Shown here piece after piece: positions 53,609-63,006 of a DNA stretch of 64,000 bases. The notes below the pieces were generated by a model. That model was not told the origin of the DNA. It saw nothing but the letters and a program-made list of their open reading frames with translations, and ran no database searches. The stretch covers positions 1 through 64,000 of IMG/VR virus record IMGVR_UViG_3300021960_000054. The stretch is one strand, 5' to 3'. The DNA is from a virus. The position numbers and the translations under genes were made by a program. How positions within the stretch are numbered: position 1 is the stretch's first letter; each line of letters opens with the position of its first letter.

Positions 53609-54130
53609 TTAGAAACCAAGTTTCTTTAGACTATTTATAGTATTTTTTGCGCTAGTATGATGAATACCTATACCACCTTGCGCTTCCCATTCTCTAATGT
53701 TTTTGATGTAATCATCAATTAAGATGTTTGCTACACCATCACTCATAGCATATTTTTGTTTGTCTTCTCGTTTTACTAGATTGATACGCTGTTTAGGTAT
53801 CATTAAATGTCTTTTAATCCAAGAATTCTTTCCGTCTTTACAATTCTTATCCCAGTTTGCATATGCAGATAGAATGTATGGATGACTAGATTTGACGTAC
53901 CGAAACAACTCGGCACCATCTGTCATCCACTGAAGATTATGCCAGAAGTCACTTTTCTTTTCTACTTGTGCTTTGATTTTACCCTTTGCACCGTGGTTCA
54001 GGTCAGGTGACGTAAAGTCTTCACCGGTTGTGTCTTTAATACCTCTAATGAAATCACAAAGAACTCCATCCATATCTAGATATATCTTCTGTTGACCTTT
54101 TGCTTCGAACTGTAGTAATGATAATGTCAT
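53609..54130 (-). CDS. HAD-family 5'(3')-deoxyribonucleotidase-like phosphatase
   Basis: IYLDMDGVLCDF, ILSA, GK..W, ILIDD..KNI.EW...GGIGI. Confidence 0.92.
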   Translation of the reverse strand: MTLSLLQFEAKGQQKIYLDMDGVLCDFIRGIKDTTGEDFTSPDLNHGAKGKIKAQVEKKSDFWHNLQWMTDGAELFRYVKSSHPYILSAYANWDKNCKDGKNSWIKRHLMIPKQRINLVKREDKQKYAMSDGVANILIDDYIKNIREWEAQGGIGIHHTSAKNTINSLKKLGF

Positions 54131-54382
54131 CTAGTAATCATCTTCCTCTTTAGGTTTATCTTTAATATTATGTGTGACTTTCATTGTAGTCTCTCTGTTG
54201 TTATTGTCGAACTTCAATTCCATGCGATTTGTTATCTCATGGTCAGGTGTCTCTTTTAACTTCAACTCTAGTATAACAGATTTGTCACAAAAGTCAAGTC
54301 CTAAATCACGAACTTTCTTAATAAAGTTAAACCACAAATCTTCTACTTTAGGAACATCGTCCCTTGTAAATTGCTTTGCCAT
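54131..54382 (-). CDS. Hypothetical protein
   Basis: ORF track. Confidence 0.65.
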   Translation of the reverse strand: MAKQFTRDDVPKVEDLWFNFIKKVRDLGLDFCDKSVILELKLKETPDHEITNRMELKFDNNNRETTMKVTHNIKDKPKEEDDY

Positions 54383-54406
54383 AACACTAACTGAAAGTGA
54401 CTGATA

Positions 54407-54628
54407 CTAATCAGTCTCTTTATCTGCTTTCCAATTTGCGTCAATATAATTATAGAATGCTTTTTTATCAGCGGAAGATAACTCCGAAGGTGACTTAACA
54501 CCACGCTTTGATAGTTCTTTAGCAAAGAACTTCTGATATGCACTCTGGTCTTCAGTCTTAACACCTTCGACTTCTTCTCTTGTTCTCTCTTTAAGATTGA
54601 ACGGATTATTAACTCCTAAACCAAACAT
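54407..54628 (-). CDS. Small conserved T4-like protein
   Basis: YQKFF...GVKSPSELS..DKKAFYNYID..W. Confidence 0.75.
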   Translation of the reverse strand: MFGLGVNNPFNLKERTREEVEGVKTEDQSAYQKFFAKELSKRGVKSPSELSSADKKAFYNYIDANWKADKETD

Positions 54629-55209
54629 TATTTTTCTCCTTTAGGTTTTTCGCCGCGCTCTTTCTTAGAGATTGCGATTGCCGCTTGTTGTGCGGCACTT
54701 ACTGCTTCTTCTTTATGGTCAATGTTCGCATATAGACTTTTCATATCTTCATGCGTTGCTGATAATTTATTTTGCATCCACTCAGGAAACTCACCGCCAC
54801 TTGAAAGATGCTCTTTCATTTTACCAGCGGCATATGACATAAACTCTAACTGTTGCATTGCCATTGAACCCTCATCAGGTGATGCTGGTTCGTCTTGTTC
54901 GTTTACGCTTTCACCGCGCACTTGTTTAGCAAGGTCTGCGTCTGCTTTACCCCATGTACCAGAAGATTTAGTGACAAATGAATTAACTCGCGCCATACCC
55001 CATTGTTGTGGAGTGGTTCCTGGACGATGACCACCTTTCCATGCGGCAACTCCTCGTTTGTATACTTGCTTCAATACACCAAGAGGCATACCAGACTTAT
55101 CTGCTTTTGCTTTTAGTCCTGCGTCTGCGCTTTCTGTCAATTCTTCAGAATACACTTCTTGCAGAATTTGTGACATTGTTTTTCTATAGTTTGTCATCTT
55201 TGTTCCCAT
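54628..55209 (-). CDS. Probable internal head protein (DUF5824-like domain)
   Basis: GLKAKADKSG...LKQVYKRGVAAWKGGHRPG..PQQWGMARVNSF; EGSMA..QL...PEWMQNKL. Confidence 0.78.
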   Translation of the reverse strand: MGTKMTNYRKTMSQILQEVYSEELTESADAGLKAKADKSGMPLGVLKQVYKRGVAAWKGGHRPGTTPQQWGMARVNSFVTKSSGTWGKADADLAKQVRGESVNEQDEPASPDEGSMAMQQLEFMSYAAGKMKEHLSSGGEFPEWMQNKLSATHEDMKSLYANIDHKEEAVSAAQQAAIAISKKERGEKPKGEK

Positions 55210-55466
55210 ATCTTGATTACAAGATTTCCTTTACCTTTTATAATTCTATGATATTCCATCTCTGGAATTTTATAAATTTTTCCTTTTTCTAGTTTTTTAG
55301 CAATTTTGTTGTCTAACTGTAACAACCAATCTTCGCCTTCTAGAATAGTTATCTCTCTATAGTATTTATCCCTATGCCAAACCAAAGTATCAGGATCAAC
55401 ATCCTCATCAAATGTTCGTATATCATCTACTTGTTTGTAGGGTTTACCAGAAATAGTTCCCGCCAC
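55194..55466 (-). CDS. Small cupin-like protein
   Basis: LVWHRD...W.LQLD...IP..EYHRIIKG. Confidence 0.75.
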   Translation of the reverse strand: MAGTISGKPYKQVDDIRTFDEDVDPDTLVWHRDKYYREITILEGEDWLLQLDNKIAKKLEKGKIYKIPEMEYHRIIKGKGNLVIKIWEQR

Positions 55467-58047
55467 CAGATAGTCCTAACTGCTTCGCATAGTAAGGCAT
55501 ACGGCATGCCCAATATCCAGGTTTAGTTTTATCTTTCTTTGTGCTACACTGATGTCTTGCGGCGAATGACTTTCTCGCTTCAGGATCATTCAGTTTTATT
55601 TTCAGACCGGTGGTGTCACCCCACGAAACTTTTTTAATGTTTCCACTTGATGGGTCTTTTACATATACATAATACTTTTTAGGTCCACCCGCTTTAGGTT
55701 TGTTTAACTCAGGTTGCTCTTCTTCCATCATAGGACAATCAAGAGGCACATGTTGTCCTTCATATAATGCATGTGAACCAATGTCGGATTCAAGCAACTC
55801 AATGTCGAAACTATCTAAGAGGTCTCGGTTAAGGGTTTTCTTCCACTCATTAAATTGCTCATAGTACATCTCAGAACCAATGCGATATTCATTAGTCTCA
55901 ATCAACTGTGAGATTGGTTCATAACTTTCTTTTTTAGATTTCATTGCTTGAAGGCGCTTCATTTCTAATTTACGCATAGTTGGAAGTAAACGAATAGACA
56001 ATCTATCAATAACTTTCTTCTTACTCGCAATGAACTTTTCAATTTGTTGCTTTTGCGCCATACCTAATGTGCTATATGGTTTACCTTTAGTAAATCTCTT
56101 ACGCAACTTATTTCTTGCATGTCGCCTTGCTCTCTTCTTTAACTTTTCAGGAGAAGACATACGCTTCAATGCAATCATTCGTTTACGTTGAATACGCTTA
56201 GACATTCGGCGCATCATCATTGACCGTTTCATACGTTGCGCTGGTGTTAATACTTCATCCATATTAATCCACTGATAGTCAGCGGCAAGCATTTCGTCAT
56301 CATCAGGAATCTCATTAGAGTCCACATCAACGCCATCATCTTCATCTTGGTCATTGGGAATTCCATCACCATCTTTATCTGGATATACATCTGCAAAATC
56401 TTCGATTTCGTCATAAGCATCGAATAAATCTGCGATTTGCTTTTCTAAACTCTCATCATCAACTTCATCAGGATCAGGAATATCAAGTTCTTTATCTTCA
56501 TCACTCTCTTCTAAAAATAAGTCAATGTTCCACTCTTCGCGCAACTCATCTTCTTCGTAGTGAGATAAACGACTATCATGCTCAGTAACATCTTTCGCCA
56601 TTGTGCGATACCACAATTTAATTTGCGGGTCTAATAGTCTCTTACCAACAGTAAATTTTCTAGCATCTCTGAACATCTTTTGAAGACGCTGTTGAACTTC
56701 TTGCTTGTTTGAACCAGCAACTAGCATCTTACCGACACCTTCAACTTCGACTTCAAAAGCAACTTCTGCTTGCTCTGTAAGACCTAAGTGTTCTTTGAAT
56801 GATTTGCGGGTTTTCTCTACTTCTTTAGATACTTTATCTAAGACTTCTTTTGCATTCTTCCCATCAATACCTAAAATAGGTGCTTCACCATCGCCCAAAA
56901 TCCAGTCTCCTGATGGGTCGTCTGGTGTTGTTCCTTGGACTGCTCCGCCTTGTTCTGGATAGTCTGCAATTGCTGGTACTGTTTTATGTGATGCTTCGCC
57001 GAACATCGCTTTGAACTTCTTAGTGTGCGTTGAAGGTTTTGTCTTTGCTGTCGCATCTCCAGGTGCTGGTTTGTAAGCACTTGGGTCGTCATCTGATTTT
57101 TCTGCGCCCTTCTTGAAATGTGCATCTCTGGTAGATTTGGTAGACTTGGACTTGAGTCCTGCAAAGTATTTTGCTGGTTGTGTACCGTCTTTATCGGCGA
57201 TATCTTTATCTTGTCTAACTTCGGTGTCATCGTCTTTCGCTGATTTCTTTTCTGTAAGGTCGGATATCCACTTTGTATGTACATTACCATCTGCTCCTTT
57301 GCAGTACAGGAAGTTTGTTCCTTGTTCTACGATTTCAAATTCTTCATTTAAATTTAAGTCTACTACAATATCACCAACATTAAAAATGTCGCCTACTAGA
57401 TATGCTTCTCTGAATGCAATACGCTCAAATTCCACATCTTCTTTAATTGAAAATACTTTACGAATTTCGTTATAAATTGCTTTCTTGTCTGCATCAGATA
57501 GTTTAGATGCTAATGCACCAGCAAACTTCTTATAGTTACCTTGCTTCGCATAGTCGCGCAATAGAGTACCAGAGATACCCTCAACACCTTTTGCATTAGG
57601 GTCGCGCTTGCCTGCAGACTTTGATGAGATGGAATTAAAGTTAAATTCTTTTCCGTTGTATTTTTTGATGAGATTGACCATCTCACCTTCGCGGTCGTCA
57701 CCAAATACTAATGTGATATCTGTATAACCGTCCGCTTCTAATTCTTTTGCAATCTCAATGATTGTTCTTGCTCTAGATGATTTAACTGCAGAACCAAATG
57801 CCTTCTTTGCATACTTGACTTTATCTTTGTATGACAGAGGGTCTTTCTTATTGTTCTGAGTATGTGATAGATAAATTCGTGCGTCTGCACCAGATGCTTT
57901 CGCTTCTTTTGTTACTGCATTCGCGAGTTTTTCATGTCCTGCTGTAGGAGGATTCATGCGACCAAAAGAAAATACAACTTTCTTTTCTTTTGCTTCCTTC
58001 AGTTTTTGCTGAAGGTCTGTAAACTTTAATGTCATTTTTTCACCCAA
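55444..58047 (-). CDS. Multidomain protein with N-terminal HxGH nucleotidyltransferase (phage cytidyltransferase/NMNAT-like)
   Basis: FSFGRMNPPTAGHEKL, KDPLS, FGDDR, SAGKRD, ISGTLLR; C-terminal KKYYVYVK...KKVSWGD...RKSFAARHQC...YWAC domain. Confidence 0.88.
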   Translation of the reverse strand: MGEKMTLKFTDLQQKLKEAKEKKVVFSFGRMNPPTAGHEKLANAVTKEAKASGADARIYLSHTQNNKKDPLSYKDKVKYAKKAFGSAVKSSRARTIIEIAKELEADGYTDITLVFGDDREGEMVNLIKKYNGKEFNFNSISSKSAGKRDPNAKGVEGISGTLLRDYAKQGNYKKFAGALASKLSDADKKAIYNEIRKVFSIKEDVEFERIAFREAYLVGDIFNVGDIVVDLNLNEEFEIVEQGTNFLYCKGADGNVHTKWISDLTEKKSAKDDDTEVRQDKDIADKDGTQPAKYFAGLKSKSTKSTRDAHFKKGAEKSDDDPSAYKPAPGDATAKTKPSTHTKKFKAMFGEASHKTVPAIADYPEQGGAVQGTTPDDPSGDWILGDGEAPILGIDGKNAKEVLDKVSKEVEKTRKSFKEHLGLTEQAEVAFEVEVEGVGKMLVAGSNKQEVQQRLQKMFRDARKFTVGKRLLDPQIKLWYRTMAKDVTEHDSRLSHYEEDELREEWNIDLFLEESDEDKELDIPDPDEVDDESLEKQIADLFDAYDEIEDFADVYPDKDGDGIPNDQDEDDGVDVDSNEIPDDDEMLAADYQWINMDEVLTPAQRMKRSMMMRRMSKRIQRKRMIALKRMSSPEKLKKRARRHARNKLRKRFTKGKPYSTLGMAQKQQIEKFIASKKKVIDRLSIRLLPTMRKLEMKRLQAMKSKKESYEPISQLIETNEYRIGSEMYYEQFNEWKKTLNRDLLDSFDIELLESDIGSHALYEGQHVPLDCPMMEEEQPELNKPKAGGPKKYYVYVKDPSSGNIKKVSWGDTTGLKIKLNDPEARKSFAARHQCSTKKDKTKPGYWACRMPYYAKQLGLSGGGNYFW

Positions 58048-59273
58048 TTTTTTGCGGCAGTGAAGTTAGCACGACTGAACTCTAAACGGTTCACTAGTTT
58101 AACTGCATTACCTTTAATTCTGTCAACTGCCACAAAACCTTCTGGTTCGGTGGTCTTTAGTCCATTATCTGTTCTCAGAAAAGTACCGATTGATTTTACT
58201 TTCGATAGTTTCTGCACCAATACATTTTTAGCGTCCATTATATAAGTGTATAACAAAGTTGCGTTTTGCAAGTCTTTCTCTTGCTGATGAATTTTTTTCA
58301 ATCCTTCAAGTTTAATCTCATTATATTTTTGTTTACCTGCATCAGACTTCACACTTTCAATCTTCTTGTCTAACTTAGTAGTCCAATAGTTCTTAAAGTC
58401 AGAGACCATTTGATTACTATCAGGCAAGTCATCTGCACCCCTAAAATAAGAGTTTAGATGAACTTTAAAATTAGTTTCGATAGCAAATTGGTTCTTCTCA
58501 TCAAAGTTCGCAGACATCTTATCCAAGTAGGATGAGACATTAGGTAGCAAACTTTCAATCCGTTCGATATAACCATTGAGATTTTCGGTTTCATCTTTAG
58601 TCATTGTGACTGTGCCTGAAACATCTTTATATGAGGCATCATCGAACCAGACCGTCTTCTGCTTTCTCAACTTACTTATATTTATATTAAACGATGCTTT
58701 CATCGTTTCTAGTGTCTTACCTTTATATTCTGTATGAAAGATAATACCCATCTTTGTACTTTGTACGAACTTACCAAGAGGTCCACTCTTAGGAATAGCA
58801 TAGACAATAGTGTTAGGTTGAAACGTGATATAATCTTCACCATCAATAGTCTTAGTTGACAAATCAGATTTAGTGTACATCATGTCACCTTGAATGACAC
58901 CTTTGATACCTAACTTAGATAGTTCTTTTAATGCAACTTCTAATTTCTCTACTAGTCCACCTGTGTGGTTTTTCTTAATATCTGCAGATGTGTAGTTTAG
59001 TTTAGGGTTTTTATTAAAGACTGATTTAGTAGCAACAAAGAACTTACCATTCTCAGGATTAACACCACAGAAAATAGCAGGTGCGCCATCCCACTTTGTG
59101 GTGATGTTAACACCGGTGCGAACACTTGAACTAAGCATGTCACGAACACCTTTAAGGAATTCGACTGCGTTCTTTGCGCCATCGGCACCGTCTGTGATAA
59201 TAGTTTCCTCAATATGCGTCAAGTGCGTATTGCGGTTCTCAGTTAACTCTGTATGTGCTTTAAATCTAATCAT
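58032..59273 (-). CDS. Conserved protein with covalent-nucleotidyltransferase (ligase-like) motifs (DUF6267-like)
   Basis: NTHLTHIE, TTKWDGAPA (KxDG), QGD, PEGFVA, VKLVNRLEFS. Confidence 0.8.
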   Translation of the reverse strand: MIRFKAHTELTENRNTHLTHIEETIITDGADGAKNAVEFLKGVRDMLSSSVRTGVNITTKWDGAPAIFCGVNPENGKFFVATKSVFNKNPKLNYTSADIKKNHTGGLVEKLEVALKELSKLGIKGVIQGDMMYTKSDLSTKTIDGEDYITFQPNTIVYAIPKSGPLGKFVQSTKMGIIFHTEYKGKTLETMKASFNINISKLRKQKTVWFDDASYKDVSGTVTMTKDETENLNGYIERIESLLPNVSSYLDKMSANFDEKNQFAIETNFKVHLNSYFRGADDLPDSNQMVSDFKNYWTTKLDKKIESVKSDAGKQKYNEIKLEGLKKIHQQEKDLQNATLLYTYIMDAKNVLVQKLSKVKSIGTFLRTDNGLKTTEPEGFVAVDRIKGNAVKLVNRLEFSRANFTAAKNWVKK

Positions 59274-59363
59274 GCTATTATTATACCATATCTTTCCTAT
59301 TTGTCAAGTGTTTTTTACCACTTTTTATATAATACTTTAGTAGTGTGACATATTTATCACACT

Positions 59364-60560
59364 TTATCCTAATAACTTCTTACCGGTCGCCGCTTTGGAC
59401 ACATAATCAAGCAAAAAATGAGTTGGTGCTACTCCGCCTTGTTTATTTCTAATATTTAGTTTGAAATCAAAGTACTGATTTGAGAATTTCATATCAATAC
59501 GTTTTGCGGTACCATTTGTAATACCACCGTAGTACAATGTAAATTTAGAAGCACTTACGTTAGAGTATGCTTTATTCTCATTCACTCCAACCCACCAGCA
59601 ATATGCTTTCTCGCCACCTTGTCCGTGAACCATCCAGTAGTTCGCTCCAATAGCACTCTGAAGCAGTGATGTTAATAGGGGTTTGTCGATTTCATTAGTT
59701 ACATCTATGATATGTGAATTTGTTCCTGTTGCTTTCTTACCAGTTCCATATAGATTGAATACTGCACAGAATGTTGCATTGTCAATACCTAATGCTCTAA
59801 GAAGTTTTACTCCCATTTCATTAGTGATAATTCCATTCTTAACTTCTACTTCCGTAAATGGTTTACCAGGACCTTTCACACCAGTATTAACAAATGTCAG
59901 TGTGCTTGAAAATTTTGCAGATAGATATGTCTCAGTTCTATTGGCGTGAAAACAAGTGATATCTGTTAGTTTCTTTCCAACGTCAGCGGCATTACCAGGA
60001 CCAATCATTACTTTACCACCATTCATGATGAACGGACGACTTTCATTGGCGCCACCCATTTGCTTAATAGATTGAATTGGAGATGGGTTCTGTTTACAGA
60101 CAGCGGCAAGAAGTTCATCTGCAAGTTTATTCATCATTGCTGGTTTCTTACCATTTGCTTTATCGACTAATGCGTTTGATAAGTCGCGCTCAAACTTGAG
60201 TCCTAAATTTTCTTTCTTACCACCTGCAGGTTGTCCACCAAACTCTTCAGTTTTTGTAAGTTTTGTCACAGGAATTGTTACTGTTCTTGCTTGTCCTGTA
60301 TAATGACCTTTCAACTGAATGGTATTACCTTTTTGTCCAGCAAACGAAAGCATTAGATTTGCGAGTTCAGTAACTTTACTTGGCATCACTCCAGGAGTTC
60401 TCAATGTCTCATCATTATTGATTATAATTCCGGTTGCTTCGAATGTACCATCTTCTGTATGAAATGTAGAAGATTTGCCATCAAGTTGCATTACTTTGTT
60501 CGCCAGAAGTTCTGGTCGATACGCATATTTTGCAATGTCAGGTACGTTTAATGTTGCCAT
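59364..60560 (-). CDS. Hypothetical protein, possible PD-(D/E)xK-like nuclease (start MATLNV)
   Basis: KTEEFGG...GLKFE...LTDI...YLSAK; GAAGGA upstream. Confidence 0.65.
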   Translation of the reverse strand: MATLNVPDIAKYAYRPELLANKVMQLDGKSSTFHTEDGTFEATGIIINNDETLRTPGVMPSKVTELANLMLSFAGQKGNTIQLKGHYTGQARTVTIPVTKLTKTEEFGGQPAGGKKENLGLKFERDLSNALVDKANGKKPAMMNKLADELLAAVCKQNPSPIQSIKQMGGANESRPFIMNGGKVMIGPGNAADVGKKLTDITCFHANRTETYLSAKFSSTLTFVNTGVKGPGKPFTEVEVKNGIITNEMGVKLLRALGIDNATFCAVFNLYGTGKKATGTNSHIIDVTNEIDKPLLTSLLQSAIGANYWMVHGQGGEKAYCWWVGVNENKAYSNVSASKFTLYYGGITNGTAKRIDMKFSNQYFDFKLNIRNKQGGVAPTHFLLDYVSKAATGKKLLG

Positions 60561-60585
60561 ACTCTTATTTATCCTTCTCCAAGAG

Positions 60586-61008
60586 TTAGATGTTTTTTGT
60601 CTCTTGCATCCAATATGCTTTGGCAAGATTTACTTGCAATCTATATGCTTCTTTTTCCCAAGGTAGTTCATAATATGGACAGTCTGCAGAAACGGAAGAT
60701 GTCTTCCAACGAGTAGCACTTTCGCAGTCCATCTCTTTTTGAACATACTGCTTAACGTGAACCATTTCGTGTGCTAGAGTGACCATCAAATCGCGAATGT
60801 CTAAATGATTTGCTAGTTCTATTTCATAATCTCTAATACTCTCAGTTAACATACAATAACCAACAGCATCACCAGTCATCTTTTTAATATGGATTTCAAT
60901 TTCTATATTTCGAATTCTTGGCATAAGTTTCTTAATGAAGAAATAACATGCGTCAGAAACGAGGTCGCGCTTAGTTTTGTTACCGCCTTGAACATGTACA
61001 CAATGCAT
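60586..61008 (-). CDS. Zincin-like metallopeptidase
   Basis: TLAHEMVHVKQY...PWEKEAY. Confidence 0.85.
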   Translation of the reverse strand: MHCVHVQGGNKTKRDLVSDACYFFIKKLMPRIRNIEIEIHIKKMTGDAVGYCMLTESIRDYEIELANHLDIRDLMVTLAHEMVHVKQYVQKEMDCESATRWKTSSVSADCPYYELPWEKEAYRLQVNLAKAYWMQETKNI

Positions 61009-61117
61009 AAAACTACCTCTCTATTCTTTATTATAGACATAGTATAGCAAATATAAATCGATTTGTCAAGTACTGTTGTGGAAAAACAACAATATTTAAT
61101 CGTTATATATCAAGTAT

Positions 61118-61330
61118 TTATGCGTTTTTTAGAAAAAAAGTTGGGACTCGGTCTTCACCAAAACCACTTCCGGCGTTTAGTTGCTCACAACATCGCTTAC
61201 TTATTCCCCTACACGCAAACAATTGAATATCATCACCGTACTTATGGTCATGTACATACCAACAGTTGTCTTCGCCGTTGTGGAATAACTTATATCTTGA
61301 AGGTTGAGAAGTCTTTGTATTTCTTGTCAT
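61118..61330 (-). CDS. Hypothetical protein
   Basis: LNAGSGFG...PTFF motif. Confidence 0.62.
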   Translation of the reverse strand: MTRNTKTSQPSRYKLFHNGEDNCWYVHDHKYGDDIQLFACRGISKRCCEQLNAGSGFGEDRVPTFFLKNA

Positions 61331-62717
61331 TGCGTTGCTCTTTCAGTTTATCAAATCCGTTCTGTTCTACTACCTGTACGGTATCAGGTGCTTTCGGTTT
61401 CATGTTCTCTACTAGGTCTTCTTGTGCAGATTCCTCTACATCATATAATTGCATTTTTGCTCTATCGATACCCAATACAAAACGCTTGTATTTTGTAGGG
61501 TCATTGTATCGATTTTTCAATTGCTTCACTAAAATTTGATTATGCTGTTCTAGTTCTTCATTTGAAATTAATGCAAACATGAAATCACAAGTTGCTGGTA
61601 GTCCGAAACTTTCTGAGGTATCTTCAAGTCCAATATCAGTACTTGAGAATCCTTGTCTGGTAGTCTGTGTCGCAGAGATAATAGGAACATTATGCTCTAC
61701 TGCTAGACCTCGCAGTTCTTCTGCGATTGATTTGATAATAGTGTAGGAGTTCTGAGATGCTCCTGCTTTGAAACGCTGAGATGCACAGATGTTTAGATAG
61801 TCAATAAAGATAGCATCAGGTTTGAAACTCTTCTTTAATGCTAGTTCATTTATCAATGCATCAAAATGACCTTTATGTGCGGTCGCTGTTGGATACTCTT
61901 TAACAATCAGTTTACCATGTGTCTCTCTTTGCAGTGACGCAAGTTTCTTGTCAAACATACTTTTAGGAAGTTCTTCAAGTGTTTGAATATCCATATTCAA
62001 AAGATTAGCATCAATACGTTCTGCAATACGCTCTTCTGCCATCTCCATAGTAATGTACAAAACATTCTTATTGTGCATCATATAGTTTGCGGCAAGATGG
62101 CACATAAATAAGGATTTCCCAACGCCAGTTCCTGCTAGTGCTACATTAAGTGTTTTGCTTGGTAGACCACCTTTTGTAATCAAGTCAAAGTACTTGAGAT
62201 TGAAAGGTATCTTTTCTTCTTTTGTGTGATAGAAATCAAATCGGTCATTCGATTGTTCGAAATAATCATGACCAACATTTGGGTCAAACGACACTGAGAG
62301 AGCATCAGATAATAGAGATGGAAGAGCATCAGGAGTTCTATTCTTATCTCTTCCCTCTATTATCTGAATGCCGTCTGCAATGGCATTGTAGATTGCTTTA
62401 TCTTTACAAAACTTTTCAGTGGCATCTGTCATCCACTGCAAGTCTGCAGATTGTTCATTTAGTGAATTGATAATTTCAACTGCTTTATTGAATTCAGGTT
62501 CAGGAACATTATGTGCTTCATTCAGCGTAATAATTAATTGCTCAGAAGATGGAAGTTTATTATACTTCGCAAGTGCTTCTGAGATTGCTGTGAATACAAT
62601 TTTTTCTGAACTATCATGAAAGTATTCTGCTTTCAGGAACGGTAGTACCTTACGAACATACTCTTCTTGGTTTAAGAGGTTCGATAGAATAGTTCTTTCA
62701 ATCCGTGCCGTTTGCAT
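61290..62717 (-). CDS. 41: Replicative DNA helicase gp41
   Basis: GHDYF, AGTGVGKS, YITMEMAEERIAERIDAN, IDYLNI, SATQTTR, TSESFGLP, KNRY. Confidence 0.97.
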   Translation of the reverse strand: MQTARIERTILSNLLNQEEYVRKVLPFLKAEYFHDSSEKIVFTAISEALAKYNKLPSSEQLIITLNEAHNVPEPEFNKAVEIINSLNEQSADLQWMTDATEKFCKDKAIYNAIADGIQIIEGRDKNRTPDALPSLLSDALSVSFDPNVGHDYFEQSNDRFDFYHTKEEKIPFNLKYFDLITKGGLPSKTLNVALAGTGVGKSLFMCHLAANYMMHNKNVLYITMEMAEERIAERIDANLLNMDIQTLEELPKSMFDKKLASLQRETHGKLIVKEYPTATAHKGHFDALINELALKKSFKPDAIFIDYLNICASQRFKAGASQNSYTIIKSIAEELRGLAVEHNVPIISATQTTRQGFSSTDIGLEDTSESFGLPATCDFMFALISNEELEQHNQILVKQLKNRYNDPTKYKRFVLGIDRAKMQLYDVEESAQEDLVENMKPKAPDTVQVVEQNGFDKLKEQRNDKKYKDFSTFKI

Positions 62718-63006
62718 ATATCATTTCACCTTCTTCTAGTTTTTCTTGAATTTGTTCTACAATAATATCACCCACAATAGAAGTGAAATCATCTTCGACT
62801 TCAACTCCTTCAGGTATTTTAATCAACTCATATTTAAATCGCATTGCTCTATGACCAGTTTCATCTGGTTCTGCGAACTGAATACGACCTACACGATATA
62901 GAACACCTGCATACTTACCTTCATCAATTTTAGTTGCAATGTGTTTATCGCTTTCAACGTAACTAAACTTCACCGCCATACTTAAACTTTCCTTTTGCAA
63001 ATTCAT
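62698..63006 (-). CDS. gp40-like protein (head vertex assembly chaperone position)
   Basis: Lies between uvsX and gp41 as in T4; sequence support is modest. Confidence 0.55.
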   Translation of the reverse strand: MNLQKESLSMAVKFSYVESDKHIATKIDEGKYAGVLYRVGRIQFAEPDETGHRAMRFKYELIKIPEGVEVEDDFTSIVGDIIVEQIQEKLEEGEMIYANGTD

